Position numbers and translations under genes: made by a program. A DNA stretch of 32,000 bases from Candidatus Saccharimonadota bacterium (lineage in GTDB: Bacteria > Patescibacteriota > Saccharimonadia > Saccharimonadales > Saccharimonadaceae). Positions 1 through 8,526 of the stretch are shown piece by piece (the first letter of the stretch is position 1; each line of letters starts with the position of its first letter). Location: positions 120,001 to 152,000 of the forward strand of contig JAIUPJ010000001.1 in NCBI GenBank assembly GCA_020160975.1. Direction: 5' to 3'. The notes beneath the pieces are model-generated. The model made no database searches. It saw nothing but the letters and a program-made list of their open reading frames with translations, and was not told the origin of the DNA.

Positions 1-9
1 CGGTTGAGA

Positions 10-45
10 CCCCGTCTCCCGCTGCATGAGGCGGGGTTTCAATTT
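10..45 (+). terminator. GC-rich hairpin with U-rich tail at the window edge; possibly the end of an upstream gene or RNA
   Basis: CCCCGTC (10-16) pairs with GGCGGGG (30-36, one G.U) and is followed by GTTTCAATTT. SRP RNA often precedes dnaX in other bacteria, but 47 nt is too little to judge. Confidence 0.3.
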
Positions 46-110
46 GCGTGCGAACGTATCGACCAAATCTACAACAGACAGCCGTCACCAAAGCAGCTAT
101 AATGAGAGCA

Positions 111-1517
111 ATGGGGCAGGCGTTATATAGGAAATATCGGAGCAAATCGCTCGACGAGATCGTCGGGCAGTCGCATATTACCGATATGCTGCGTCGTGCG
201 ATCAAAGCCGACAAAATCGCCCACGCCTACCTACTAACCGGGCCGAGGGGAGTTGGCAAAACGTCAATCGCTCGAATATTGGCGCACGAAATCAATCAGT
301 TACCATACAGCGACGAATCAGTTCACCTTGATATTATCGAAATCGATGCCGCGAGCAACAACTCGGTGGAGGACATCCGTGACCTGAGAGAGCGCGTGCA
401 GATCGCCCCGACCAGTGCTCGCAAAAAAGTCTACATCATCGATGAAGTTCATATGCTGTCTAAGCCGGCGTTCAATGCGCTCCTCAAAACGCTCGAGGAG
501 CCGCCAGAGCATGTGGTATTTATCCTGGCAACAACTGATGTCGACAAACTCCCAGCCACAATCATCAGCCGTTTGCAGCGCTATAACTTTCGTACCATTC
601 ACCCCAATGATGCCACACGCCACTTGCGTACCATCGCTAATGCAGAGCGGATCGATATCGACGATGCAGCGCTGGCGCTAATCGCACGCCATGGCAACGG
701 CAGCTTCCGCGATAGCATCAGCTTGCTCGACCAATTGCAGCATCTTAGCGACGGTGCGATCGACCAAACGCTGGTCGAACAAGTACTTGGCCTAGCCGAT
801 CACGAGCGTCTTGCTGGGTTAATCGATGCCGCGATGGCCGGCGACCTGAAGACGCTGGTTCAGATCCTCGATGACAGCGAAAAGCGCGGCATGTCAGCGA
901 TCATCCTAACCGGGCAGCTCATCCACTATGTGAGCAGTCAGGTATTGCAGCGGCCTGCATTGCTGCCGCTGCTCGACCAGCTTCTGGAAGTCAGCAAAAG
1001 TGCCTGGCCGCAAGTAAAATTGCTAACCGCGCTCGGTTCTGTTGCACCAGCTAAGAAACCTGCACTCGACAAACCCGCTGAACCTATTCAATCGACAGCC
1101 CCAACACCGACTAACAAGGCAGCCGCTCCTACGGACAACACGGCAAAAGCTGCTGCAACTGTAGCCGCAGCAGACCCGCAGCCATCCGACACTCAGCCTC
1201 CAGCCACACCGCTCACGTCGTCAACGGTATTCGTGTGGGATGACTTTTTGTCTACCGTGCGTGCCTCTGCACCAGGCGCGGCGGCATTGCTCGCAAAGTG
1301 TGGCTATGACTGCCAAAACGATCAACTGACGATATATGCCGGCAAAAAGTTCGCCAAGACGCAGCTCGACAAAGCGGCACCCGCCCTCTACGCTGCGCTG
1401 CAATCGACAGGTTTTACGGGATCACTGGAAGTTGTGCCAGAGCCGGCGCCCCCATCTAATAGCCAAGCAGCAGCTGTTCTTGATATCATGGGCGGAGGAG
1501 AAGAGGTGAGTTTGTAA
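111..1517 (+). CDS. dnaX: DNA polymerase III subunit gamma/tau
   Basis: N-terminus MGQALYRKYRSKSLDEIVGQ, Walker A GPRGVGKT, Walker B IIDEVHML and sensor SRLQRY are clamp-loader AAA+ signatures. The C-terminal linker is Pro/Ala/Thr-rich. The track start at 48 is GTG; ATG 111 (or 102) fits the conserved N-terminus better. Confidence 0.9.
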   Translation: MGQALYRKYRSKSLDEIVGQSHITDMLRRAIKADKIAHAYLLTGPRGVGKTSIARILAHEINQLPYSDESVHLDIIEIDAASNNSVEDIRDLRERVQIAPTSARKKVYIIDEVHMLSKPAFNALLKTLEEPPEHVVFILATTDVDKLPATIISRLQRYNFRTIHPNDATRHLRTIANAERIDIDDAALALIARHGNGSFRDSISLLDQLQHLSDGAIDQTLVEQVLGLADHERLAGLIDAAMAGDLKTLVQILDDSEKRGMSAIILTGQLIHYVSSQVLQRPALLPLLDQLLEVSKSAWPQVKLLTALGSVAPAKKPALDKPAEPIQSTAPTPTNKAAAPTDNTAKAAATVAAADPQPSDTQPPATPLTSSTVFVWDDFLSTVRASAPGAAALLAKCGYDCQNDQLTIYAGKKFAKTQLDKAAPALYAALQSTGFTGSLEVVPEPAPPSNSQAAAVLDIMGGGEEVSL

Positions 1518-1518
1518 T

Positions 1519-2871
1519 ATGGCTGAGAAAAAAACCGTCACTGCTGGCAGAGTACCGCCGCAAAGTCTCGACGCCGAGATGTCTCTTCTTGGTGCGGTGT
1601 TGATCGATGAAGAGGTGCTGGCCGATGTCAGCGAGATCGTTCGCTCACATGACTTTTATGACAAACGCCACCAGATAATTTTTGCCGCCATGACGCGTCT
1701 ATACGAGCGACACAAGCCAGTTGATCTACTGACACTCACCGAAGAACTAAAGAAAAAGTCCGAACTAGAAGCCATCGGCGGATCGGCGTTTTTGACCGAG
1801 CTCACCAACTATGTCCCTACTGCCGCCCACGCCGACGCCTACGCGGAGCTGGTTGAACAAAAAGCGATTCGCCGTCGTCTCATCAAAGCTAGCGCTGACA
1901 TCTCCGAGCTTGGGTACGACGAAGAGACGACTGCCCAGGAGCTGCTCGAAAAAGCCGAAGCAGAATTGTTTAGTGTCTCTGACCAATCACTCAAACAAGA
2001 TCTCGTCAGTATCGAAAGTATTTTGACCGAGAGCTTTGACCGTATCGAAGAGCTGCACCGCAACAAAGGTCAATTACGCGGCATTCGTACCGGCTACCGA
2101 GATTTGGACAATATGACCGCCGGCTTGCAGCGCAGCGACCTTATCATTCTTGCTGCACGACCTGCAATGGGTAAGACCACTCTCGTGACGAACCTGGCTT
2201 ATAACGTAGCCACGATTGCCAAGCTACCGGTGCTGTTCTTTAGCCTCGAGATGAGCAAGGAGCAGCTGATCGATCGTATGCTCGCCGACGCCTCAGGGGT
2301 GGATAGCTGGAATATTCGTACTGGAAATTTGAGCGACGAAGACTTTAGCAAGATTAGTGAGGCGATGGGCGAAATGGCAGAAGCGCCAATCTTTATCGAC
2401 GACACCCCAGGGCTTAGCGTACTAGAAATGCGAACCAAAGCGCGCCGTGCCGCCCATGATCAGCCACTCGGGCTCATTATTGTCGACTACCTGCAGCTCA
2501 TGCAGTCGAACGGCAACCACAATGGCAACCGCGTCCAGGAGGTGAGCGAGATTAGCCGTGGCCTCAAACTGATCGCGCGTGAGCTAAATGTCCCACTCAT
2601 CGCGCTGTCGCAGCTTAGTCGTTCAGTCGAAAGCCGCACGCCACCCATCCCGCAGCTGTCCGATCTGCGTGAGTCGGGTTCGATTGAGCAGGATGCCGAC
2701 ATTGTGTCGTTTATTTATCGTCCCGGCTACTATGAACCGGATAATCCTGAGGTGCAGAACATCACGGACCTTATCATCGCCAAGCACCGAAACGGGCCGG
2801 TTGGCAAAGTTCAGCTCTACTTCCACCCTGAACGCCTGCGCTTTATGTCGCTCGACAAACGGCATGAGTAA
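1519..2871 (+). CDS. dnaB: Replicative DNA helicase DnaB
   Basis: N-terminal PPQSLDAEMSLLGAVLIDEE, Walker A ARPAMGKTT, IIVDYLQLM and LSQLSR / DLRESGSIEQDAD motifs. The ATG lies 1 nt after the dnaX stop (TAATATG). Confidence 0.95.
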   Translation: MAEKKTVTAGRVPPQSLDAEMSLLGAVLIDEEVLADVSEIVRSHDFYDKRHQIIFAAMTRLYERHKPVDLLTLTEELKKKSELEAIGGSAFLTELTNYVPTAAHADAYAELVEQKAIRRRLIKASADISELGYDEETTAQELLEKAEAELFSVSDQSLKQDLVSIESILTESFDRIEELHRNKGQLRGIRTGYRDLDNMTAGLQRSDLIILAARPAMGKTTLVTNLAYNVATIAKLPVLFFSLEMSKEQLIDRMLADASGVDSWNIRTGNLSDEDFSKISEAMGEMAEAPIFIDDTPGLSVLEMRTKARRAAHDQPLGLIIVDYLQLMQSNGNHNGNRVQEVSEISRGLKLIARELNVPLIALSQLSRSVESRTPPIPQLSDLRESGSIEQDADIVSFIYRPGYYEPDNPEVQNITDLIIAKHRNGPVGKVQLYFHPERLRFMSLDKRHE

Positions 2872-3001
2872 GTTCTAATGACAGTGTAATTTATTCTTAA
2901 ATCTAGAACCAAGTGTCTATTTTGCATTTGCGTATTTCTGCATTGGCCTCTCTCACAACCAATAGCGTCTTTCGCCCCCGCAATGGTATAATACAAAGCA
3001 A

Positions 3002-4459
3002 ATGAAAACGCGTGTTACAGACTTTTGGCTCTATCGTTGGCGTTATTTGATTGGGTATACCGCGATTATTGTCGCAATCGGTATCGTACTCGTCATCGCC
3101 AGCCTCTACGTCCCGGGCGCGCTGCGTCAGGGCGAAATTGATGCCGCACTCGCCAGCGGCCGTCTCTCGATGAAATCTATTGATCCTCACATGGTTATCG
3201 ACTTGCCGTATCACATCTTGCAGCGATTGTCGTTTCTTGCTTTTGGCGTAACAACGCTGAGCATCAAATTGCCGTCCATCGTGCTTGGTGTCCTGACATC
3301 GCTCGGGATCTTTCTGCTGATTCGTACGTGGTTCCGCCGCAATGTCGCCGTCCTCACCACTATTCTCGCCACGACCTGCACGCAGTTTCTTTTTCTCGTC
3401 CAAGACGGCACCCCGAACATTATGTTTAGCTTCCTAACCATCTGGACATTGTTTGCTGCTACGTACGTGACACGGAAAAAAACCTTTAGCACCCTCTGGA
3501 AAGTACTTACTGGCGTGTTGATGGCCGCCGCGCTATATACACCGCTCGGTATATACCTTGTTGTCGCCGTCCTCACCACGATGTTTTTCCACCCTCACAT
3601 CCGTCATATCGTTACGCACTTTGCGCGCCCACGGCTTGTCATTGCAATTGCTCTCGGTATCGTTTCGATCGTGCCGTTAGTGTATGCTTCTACGATCGAC
3701 CCTCGCGTTGCGCTCTCATTGCTCGGCTTTCCTGAGACTGCCATTTCTATGCAGCAAAATCTCAGAGAAGTCGCGTATAGCCTCTTCGGGTTCTTTGTCC
3801 CCGCAAATGGCTACTTGTTGCGTCCGGTATATTCGCTGGGACTAATGTTGCTGATGATGATTGGCGTGTACAAACTCATGACCTACAAGTATACTGCGCG
3901 CAGCTATATTACGCTTTCTCTTGGTTTGCTAATGGTCCCCCTTGTGCTTTTGAACCCGGTTCATGTTAGCGCACTGTATCCACTTGCCGTACTCATGATT
4001 GCACTTGGCATTGCTACGCTCATCACTGACTGGTACAAACTATTTCCACGCAACCCCTATGCGCGTGTCGCCGGACTGATCCCGCTGGCCATTCTCGTTG
4101 GCGGTATCGTTTTGTCAGGTGTGATGCGCTACATGAATAATTACGAGTACAATGCTAACGTGCTAAAGGATTACTCTTCGGATCTTGGGCTACTGGAAGA
4201 TCAGCTAAGGTACGAAAAAGCGACAAAATCTACCACGCGCCTTATTACCAGCCCTCAAGAGGAGGCGTTCTATAGTATGGTGGCACATTACGATGGCCGC
4301 TTTACGATTTCGACCAGCCAAGAAAATCCCGCTCCTGTTGCCATCGTGACACATCAGGCATACCGCATTCAAAAACCAAGCGGTGAGCCCACTATGATTA
4401 TTACCAATCGATTCAGCAAAAATGCCGATCGATTCTACATATATCGCTCTGTCAAATAG
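3002..4459 (+). CDS. Polytopic integral membrane protein, possibly a GT-C (ArnT/PMT-like) glycosyltransferase
   Basis: 485 aa with about 11 or more hydrophobic segments. The first loop and following helices (IDLPYHILQRLSFLAFGVTTLSIKLPSIVLG) resemble GT-C family N-termini, and there is a soluble C-terminal tail. The functional call is by resemblance only. Confidence 0.6.
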   Translation: MKTRVTDFWLYRWRYLIGYTAIIVAIGIVLVIASLYVPGALRQGEIDAALASGRLSMKSIDPHMVIDLPYHILQRLSFLAFGVTTLSIKLPSIVLGVLTSLGIFLLIRTWFRRNVAVLTTILATTCTQFLFLVQDGTPNIMFSFLTIWTLFAATYVTRKKTFSTLWKVLTGVLMAAALYTPLGIYLVVAVLTTMFFHPHIRHIVTHFARPRLVIAIALGIVSIVPLVYASTIDPRVALSLLGFPETAISMQQNLREVAYSLFGFFVPANGYLLRPVYSLGLMLLMMIGVYKLMTYKYTARSYITLSLGLLMVPLVLLNPVHVSALYPLAVLMIALGIATLITDWYKLFPRNPYARVAGLIPLAILVGGIVLSGVMRYMNNYEYNANVLKDYSSDLGLLEDQLRYEKATKSTTRLITSPQEEAFYSMVAHYDGRFTISTSQENPAPVAIVTHQAYRIQKPSGEPTMIITNRFSKNADRFYIYRSVK

Positions 4460-4530
4460 CGGCTCGTCGCCTCATTTTGCATCAAGATACGCTATACTGG
4501 AGAGAGTAGAACAACAAGGAGGAAATACCT

Positions 4531-4821
4531 ATGGCATTTGACCAAATGAAGATGCTAAACGACCTGCGCAAAGCGCAAAAAGCACTCGCAAATGAAATTG
4601 TTGAAGTAGAGGCTGGCGACGGTGCGGTTGTCGTGCAGATTACGGGAGAGTTAAAAGTAAAATCAGTGAAAATTGACCCAGAGTACGTCGACCTCGAAGA
4701 CATCCACGAACTTGAGCACTGGATTGAAATTGCCATCCGAGACGGCATGGCCAAGGCTCAAGAAATCGCCGCTGAAAAGATGAAACCATTGATGGGCGGC
4801 CTTGGCAACCTTGGACTTTAG
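4531..4821 (+). CDS. ybaB: YbaB/EbfC nucleoid-associated protein
   Basis: 96 aa with the typical family layout (MLNDLRKAQKAL..VEVEAGDGAVVVQITGELKVKSVKIDPE..). AAGGAGG Shine-Dalgarno 7 nt upstream. Positioned immediately before recR. Confidence 0.9.
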   Translation: MAFDQMKMLNDLRKAQKALANEIVEVEAGDGAVVVQITGELKVKSVKIDPEYVDLEDIHELEHWIEIAIRDGMAKAQEIAAEKMKPLMGGLGNLGL

Positions 4822-4826
4822 TATCC

Positions 4827-5441
4827 GTGTCTGAGCTATTACCAAAGGCGCTCACTGCAGTCATCGAGGAGCTTGGGCGCCTACCTGGTGTTGGTGCACG
4901 CACCGCTGAGCGCTACGCATACTATTTGCTCCGCGCCGACAAACGACAAAGTACTAGCCTTGCAAAACGGCTGGCTGAATTGCACGACGAGGTGAACACT
5001 TGCCCTGTAACGTACGCATTAATTAATGCAGACGAAAACATCTCTCCACTTTATAGCGACAGAAACCGCAATAAGCAGCTCGTCGCTGTCGTCGAGGAAC
5101 CACTCGATATTGTGGCACTTGAGCGCACCGGTCAGTTCAAGGGCACATACCACGTGCTTGGCGGGGCGATTAGTCCGCTTGATGGTATTGGGCCAGAACA
5201 ATTGCACATTCCTGAACTACTTAAACGCCTCAAAGCAGATGAGGTAGAAGAACTGATCATCGCCACCAATGCTTCAGTCGAGGGTGAGTCGACCGCGCTG
5301 TTTATCCAGCGACAAATCCAAGATGCTAAGATCGACGTCAAGCTTTCGCGCCTCGCGCGCGGGATTCCAGTGGGAGTTGATCTGGAGTATGCCGATCAAA
5401 TCACCCTCGGTCACGCGCTCGAAGGTAGACGGACGCTGTAG
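4827..5441 (+). CDS. recR: Recombination protein RecR (zinc-finger cysteines not conserved)
   Basis: HhH region LGRLPGVGARTAERYAYYLL, Toprim region YHVLGGAISPLDGIGPEQL and C-terminal GIPVGVDLEYADQITLGHALEGRR. GTG start. Confidence 0.9.
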   Translation: MSELLPKALTAVIEELGRLPGVGARTAERYAYYLLRADKRQSTSLAKRLAELHDEVNTCPVTYALINADENISPLYSDRNRNKQLVAVVEEPLDIVALERTGQFKGTYHVLGGAISPLDGIGPEQLHIPELLKRLKADEVEELIIATNASVEGESTALFIQRQIQDAKIDVKLSRLARGIPVGVDLEYADQITLGHALEGRRTL

Positions 5442-5457
5442 AGGAGTAACCAAAAGT

Positions 5458-5491
5458 AAGAGCCCCGATCCTGCACAGGAGCGGGGCTCTT
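5458..5491. terminator. Bidirectional intrinsic terminator between convergent genes
   Basis: Perfect 10-bp stem AAGAGCCCCG (5458-5467) / CGGGGCTCTT (5482-5491) with a 14-nt loop, lying between the recR stop and the stop of the minus-strand ORF. Confidence 0.7.
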
Positions 5492-5514
5492 ACTGTGCGG
5501 GTTCGGGGCTTTGA

Positions 5515-5832
5515 TCAGGCGGCGATGATTGCCGCGCCGACACCATGCGTGCGGCTGGGTCGAAGCTGCAGGTGAAGCTCCTCGTGGCCGCTGGCATGGG
5601 CCATGCCTTGGATGATGTGAAGTATCTCCTCATCACTCCGCTGGGGACAGTTGAGAGCCAACTTCAGCTGCTCAACAACCGCCGGCGAGAACACGACGAT
5701 ACCACTCTGCTCCGACAATGCAATCGCCAATCTCGCCTGAAGGCAATAGTGGTTGATCGTCGCCTCGATGTAGTACGACTGGGCATTGCGTGCCCGTACT
5801 TCGAGGGCCTCGACTTTTCGAGAATCTGACAT
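5515..5832 (-). CDS. Hypothetical protein (105 aa)
   Basis: Has its own extended -10 (TGCTATAAT, complement of 5867-5875) and a GGAAGG Shine-Dalgarno 6 nt before the ATG. No family recognised. Confidence 0.55.
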   Translation of the reverse strand: MSDSRKVEALEVRARNAQSYYIEATINHYCLQARLAIALSEQSGIVVFSPAVVEQLKLALNCPQRSDEEILHIIQGMAHASGHEELHLQLRPSRTHGVGAAIIAA

Positions 5833-5924
5833 GGATAGCCTTCCATCTGGAGTAGATTGGAATTATATTATAGCACAGTTTATGCGTTTGTGTCAATAGC
5901 CTTACGCAAGGTATACTGGTAGAT

Positions 5925-6941
5925 ATGTTTTCAAACGCGATCGACATGATTGATAACGCGATAACCGTTGTCGTAGTCCAAGGTGAAAACCCAGATGGCG
6001 ATTCTTTGGGCAGCTCACTGGCGCTCGAAGAGTTGCTGAGCGAGCAGGGCAAGACTGTCACCATGTACTGCGCGATTGACATGCCAAAGTACCTCCGGTA
6101 TGTCACCGGCTGGGATAGAGTGGTCAATGATTTTCCGTTGTCAGCCGACTTAGCTATTATCGTCGACACAGCAGCAGAAACACTACTTGAAAAAGCCCTC
6201 TCCAGTCCAGGCGTCCGGCAGTTTCTGGAGTCCCATCCCGTTATCGTGCTTGACCACCACGGAGAGAACGACGACGAAACATCGCAGAATGACCTGTCAT
6301 TCCGCCACGAGTTTGTCATGAGCAGCACAGCACCCGCAACGGGTGAGCTCATCTACGAGCTGGCAAAGGAAGCGAAGTGGCCTGTGACTGCAGAAGCCGC
6401 TCGTAGCCTGTATATCTCAATCGCCTCAGATACACTTGGCCTCTCTACCGAGGCGACGACACCGGAGACATTTCAAACGGTCGCTGACTTGGTGAAATAT
6501 GGCGCAAAACCCTACGAGATCGAGTCGCTTCGCCGTGAATATATGCGCAAACCCGCCGATATTTTGGCCTACAAGGGAGAACTGATCGGTAGGATTGAAT
6601 ACTTACTCGATGGCAAGCTCGCTGTCGTACATATTCCCTGGGAGGATATTCAGGCGTATTCCGACCGCTACAACCCGAGCGTTTTGGTCCTTGACGAAAT
6701 GCGCCTGGTAGACGGTGTTGAAGTCGCGTGCGCCATAAAAACCTATCCTGATGGCAAGCTGACAGGCAAATTGCGTTGCAACACGCCGGTTGGCGCAACT
6801 ATTGCCGGGTACTTCGGTGGTGGCGGGCACAGCTACGCTGCTGGATTCAAGATATTTGAAGGCTACGACGCGGCCATTGCAGAACTTATTACTGCAACCG
6901 ATAAAGCACTGAAGGAATTTCATGCCGCTCAAACTGTATAA
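5925..6941 (+). CDS. nrnA: DHH/DHHA1 phosphoesterase (NrnA-like oligoribonuclease / pAp phosphatase)
   Basis: Motifs DGDSLGSSLAL, VLDHHGEN (DHH) and GGGGHSYAAGF (the DHHA1 GGGH motif). Confidence 0.85.
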   Translation: MFSNAIDMIDNAITVVVVQGENPDGDSLGSSLALEELLSEQGKTVTMYCAIDMPKYLRYVTGWDRVVNDFPLSADLAIIVDTAAETLLEKALSSPGVRQFLESHPVIVLDHHGENDDETSQNDLSFRHEFVMSSTAPATGELIYELAKEAKWPVTAEAARSLYISIASDTLGLSTEATTPETFQTVADLVKYGAKPYEIESLRREYMRKPADILAYKGELIGRIEYLLDGKLAVVHIPWEDIQAYSDRYNPSVLVLDEMRLVDGVEVACAIKTYPDGKLTGKLRCNTPVGATIAGYFGGGGHSYAAGFKIFEGYDAAIAELITATDKALKEFHAAQTV

Positions 6942-8517
6942 CACTGCGACGAAATCCGTCGAGGAGCTCACGCCACTCAACGATAAGCGAGTCACGCTCT
7001 ACACGTGTGGCCCTACCGTGTATGATCATCTGACTGTGGGTAACTGGTCAGCGTATATCTACTGGGACAGCTTGGTTCGCGCACTATTGAGTGCTGGCTA
7101 TCATGTCGAGCGCGTCATGAACATTACTGATGTTGGGCACCTAGTGAGTGATGCCGATGAGGGCGAGGATAAACTCGAAAAAGGCGCCCGGCGCGAAGGC
7201 AAAACTGCATGGGAAATTGCCGAATTTTATGCTGAGGATTTTGTGGCCGGAATGGAGAAGCTTGGCCTCATACCGCCGGAACATCTTGTCAAAGCAACAG
7301 ATTTTATTGATCAACAACTTGACCTTGTGCGCATACTCAAAGAAAAAGGTTTCACCTACCAGACGCACGATGGCATTTATTTTGATACCAGCAAGTTCCC
7401 AAGCTATGCTGACTTCGCTCATCTTGACCTCGCCGCTCAAAAAGCAGGTGCGCGAGTAGAAGCCAACGACGAAAAGCGCCAACCATGGGATTTTGCACTA
7501 TGGAAGTTTACTCCTATCGGTGAAAAACGTGACATGGAATGGGCCACACCGGATGACCTGCTTGACCTTCCTCCAAATTCGCCGCTTGTGTCGTCACCAG
7601 TTGCAGGCGATTCGATTAAAGCAGCGTCAGGCCAGGCACCCCCTCAAACCACCCCTCTAGAAACGCATGGCTCGCAAAACTCAGAGCTCAGAACTCAGAA
7701 CTCTTCCAGAGTTATGGGCTTTCCTGGGTGGCATCTAGAATGCTCGGCTATGGCTATGAGCATTCTCGGCCCGACGATCGACATTCATACCGGAGGGATC
7801 GATCACATTCCGGTGCATCATACCAACGAGATTGCCCAAAGCGAAGCCGCTAGCGGCAAAAAATTTGCCAATTTATGGCTTCACAATAACCATCTCAAAA
7901 TCGATGGCGGCAAGATTAGCAAAAGTCTTGGCAATGGCCATACTCTCCAAGACCTAGCAGATGAAGGATTTTTGCCGATGGATCTGCGAATGTTTGTACT
8001 GCAAAGCCAATTCATGACAGAAGGTAACTTTACGTTTGACAATCTTCAGGCAGCAAAAAATCGGCGTGATAACTGGCGAAACTACGCTGTACTTCGCCAC
8101 CAAACACACGATTCGCTCAGTGATGACGACACCAAGAACGATGATGAGAAGTACCCGTCACTGCAAGCATCTGCTGGCGCACTCCGTGAAGCGCTCCTAA
8201 ACAATCTCAATACACCAGAGATGATGCGTATCGTTGATGCTTCGTTTAGCCAGCTCGACCGTCAGCCACTTGGCACTATTCATCGCCACGGTCTTATCGA
8301 ACTTCTCACTGCAATCGATGAACTACTTGGCCTTCAACTCATAGCTAGTACACCTGATGTCGATGATGACGCCAAGCGAATTATCCTCGAACGCCAACGC
8401 GCCCGTGAAGCAAAAGACTGGAACAAATCTGATGCACTACGCGATCAACTTCTTGAGAAAGGAATCGAGGTAAAAGATAGTCCCTCTGGTGTGATCTGGA
8501 CGTACGCGCCCAATTAA
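6922..8517 (+). CDS. cysS: Cysteine--tRNA ligase
   Basis: MPLKLYNTATKSVEEL.., TCGPTVYD, GFPGWHLECSAM, HTGGIDHIPVHHTNEIAQSEA, KISKSLGN (KMSKS) and a C-terminal ERQRAREAKDWNKSDALRDQL helix. Overlaps the nrnA-like 3' end by 20 nt. Confidence 0.9.
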   Translation: MPLKLYNTATKSVEELTPLNDKRVTLYTCGPTVYDHLTVGNWSAYIYWDSLVRALLSAGYHVERVMNITDVGHLVSDADEGEDKLEKGARREGKTAWEIAEFYAEDFVAGMEKLGLIPPEHLVKATDFIDQQLDLVRILKEKGFTYQTHDGIYFDTSKFPSYADFAHLDLAAQKAGARVEANDEKRQPWDFALWKFTPIGEKRDMEWATPDDLLDLPPNSPLVSSPVAGDSIKAASGQAPPQTTPLETHGSQNSELRTQNSSRVMGFPGWHLECSAMAMSILGPTIDIHTGGIDHIPVHHTNEIAQSEAASGKKFANLWLHNNHLKIDGGKISKSLGNGHTLQDLADEGFLPMDLRMFVLQSQFMTEGNFTFDNLQAAKNRRDNWRNYAVLRHQTHDSLSDDDTKNDDEKYPSLQASAGALREALLNNLNTPEMMRIVDASFSQLDRQPLGTIHRHGLIELLTAIDELLGLQLIASTPDVDDDAKRIILERQRAREAKDWNKSDALRDQLLEKGIEVKDSPSGVIWTYAPN

Positions 8518-8526
8518 ACAACTGGG

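Noticed and set aside
423-429. AAAAAAG heptamer inside dnaX, reminiscent of the E. coli dnaX -1 programmed frameshift site (A AAA AAG)
   Set aside because: Zero-frame codons here are AAA AAA GTC (the wrong phase for the slippery X XXY YYZ pattern). The site lies in the Walker B region at about residue 125, far too early to yield a functional gamma subunit, and no downstream stimulatory hairpin is seen.
5672-6352. 226-aa minus-strand ORF overlapping the nrnA-like gene, and similar antisense ORFs inside dnaB, cysS, xfp, ackA, the SulP gene and the helicase
   Set aside because: They are antisense shadows of well-supported genes, with low-complexity S/R/C-rich translations and no promoter or SD.
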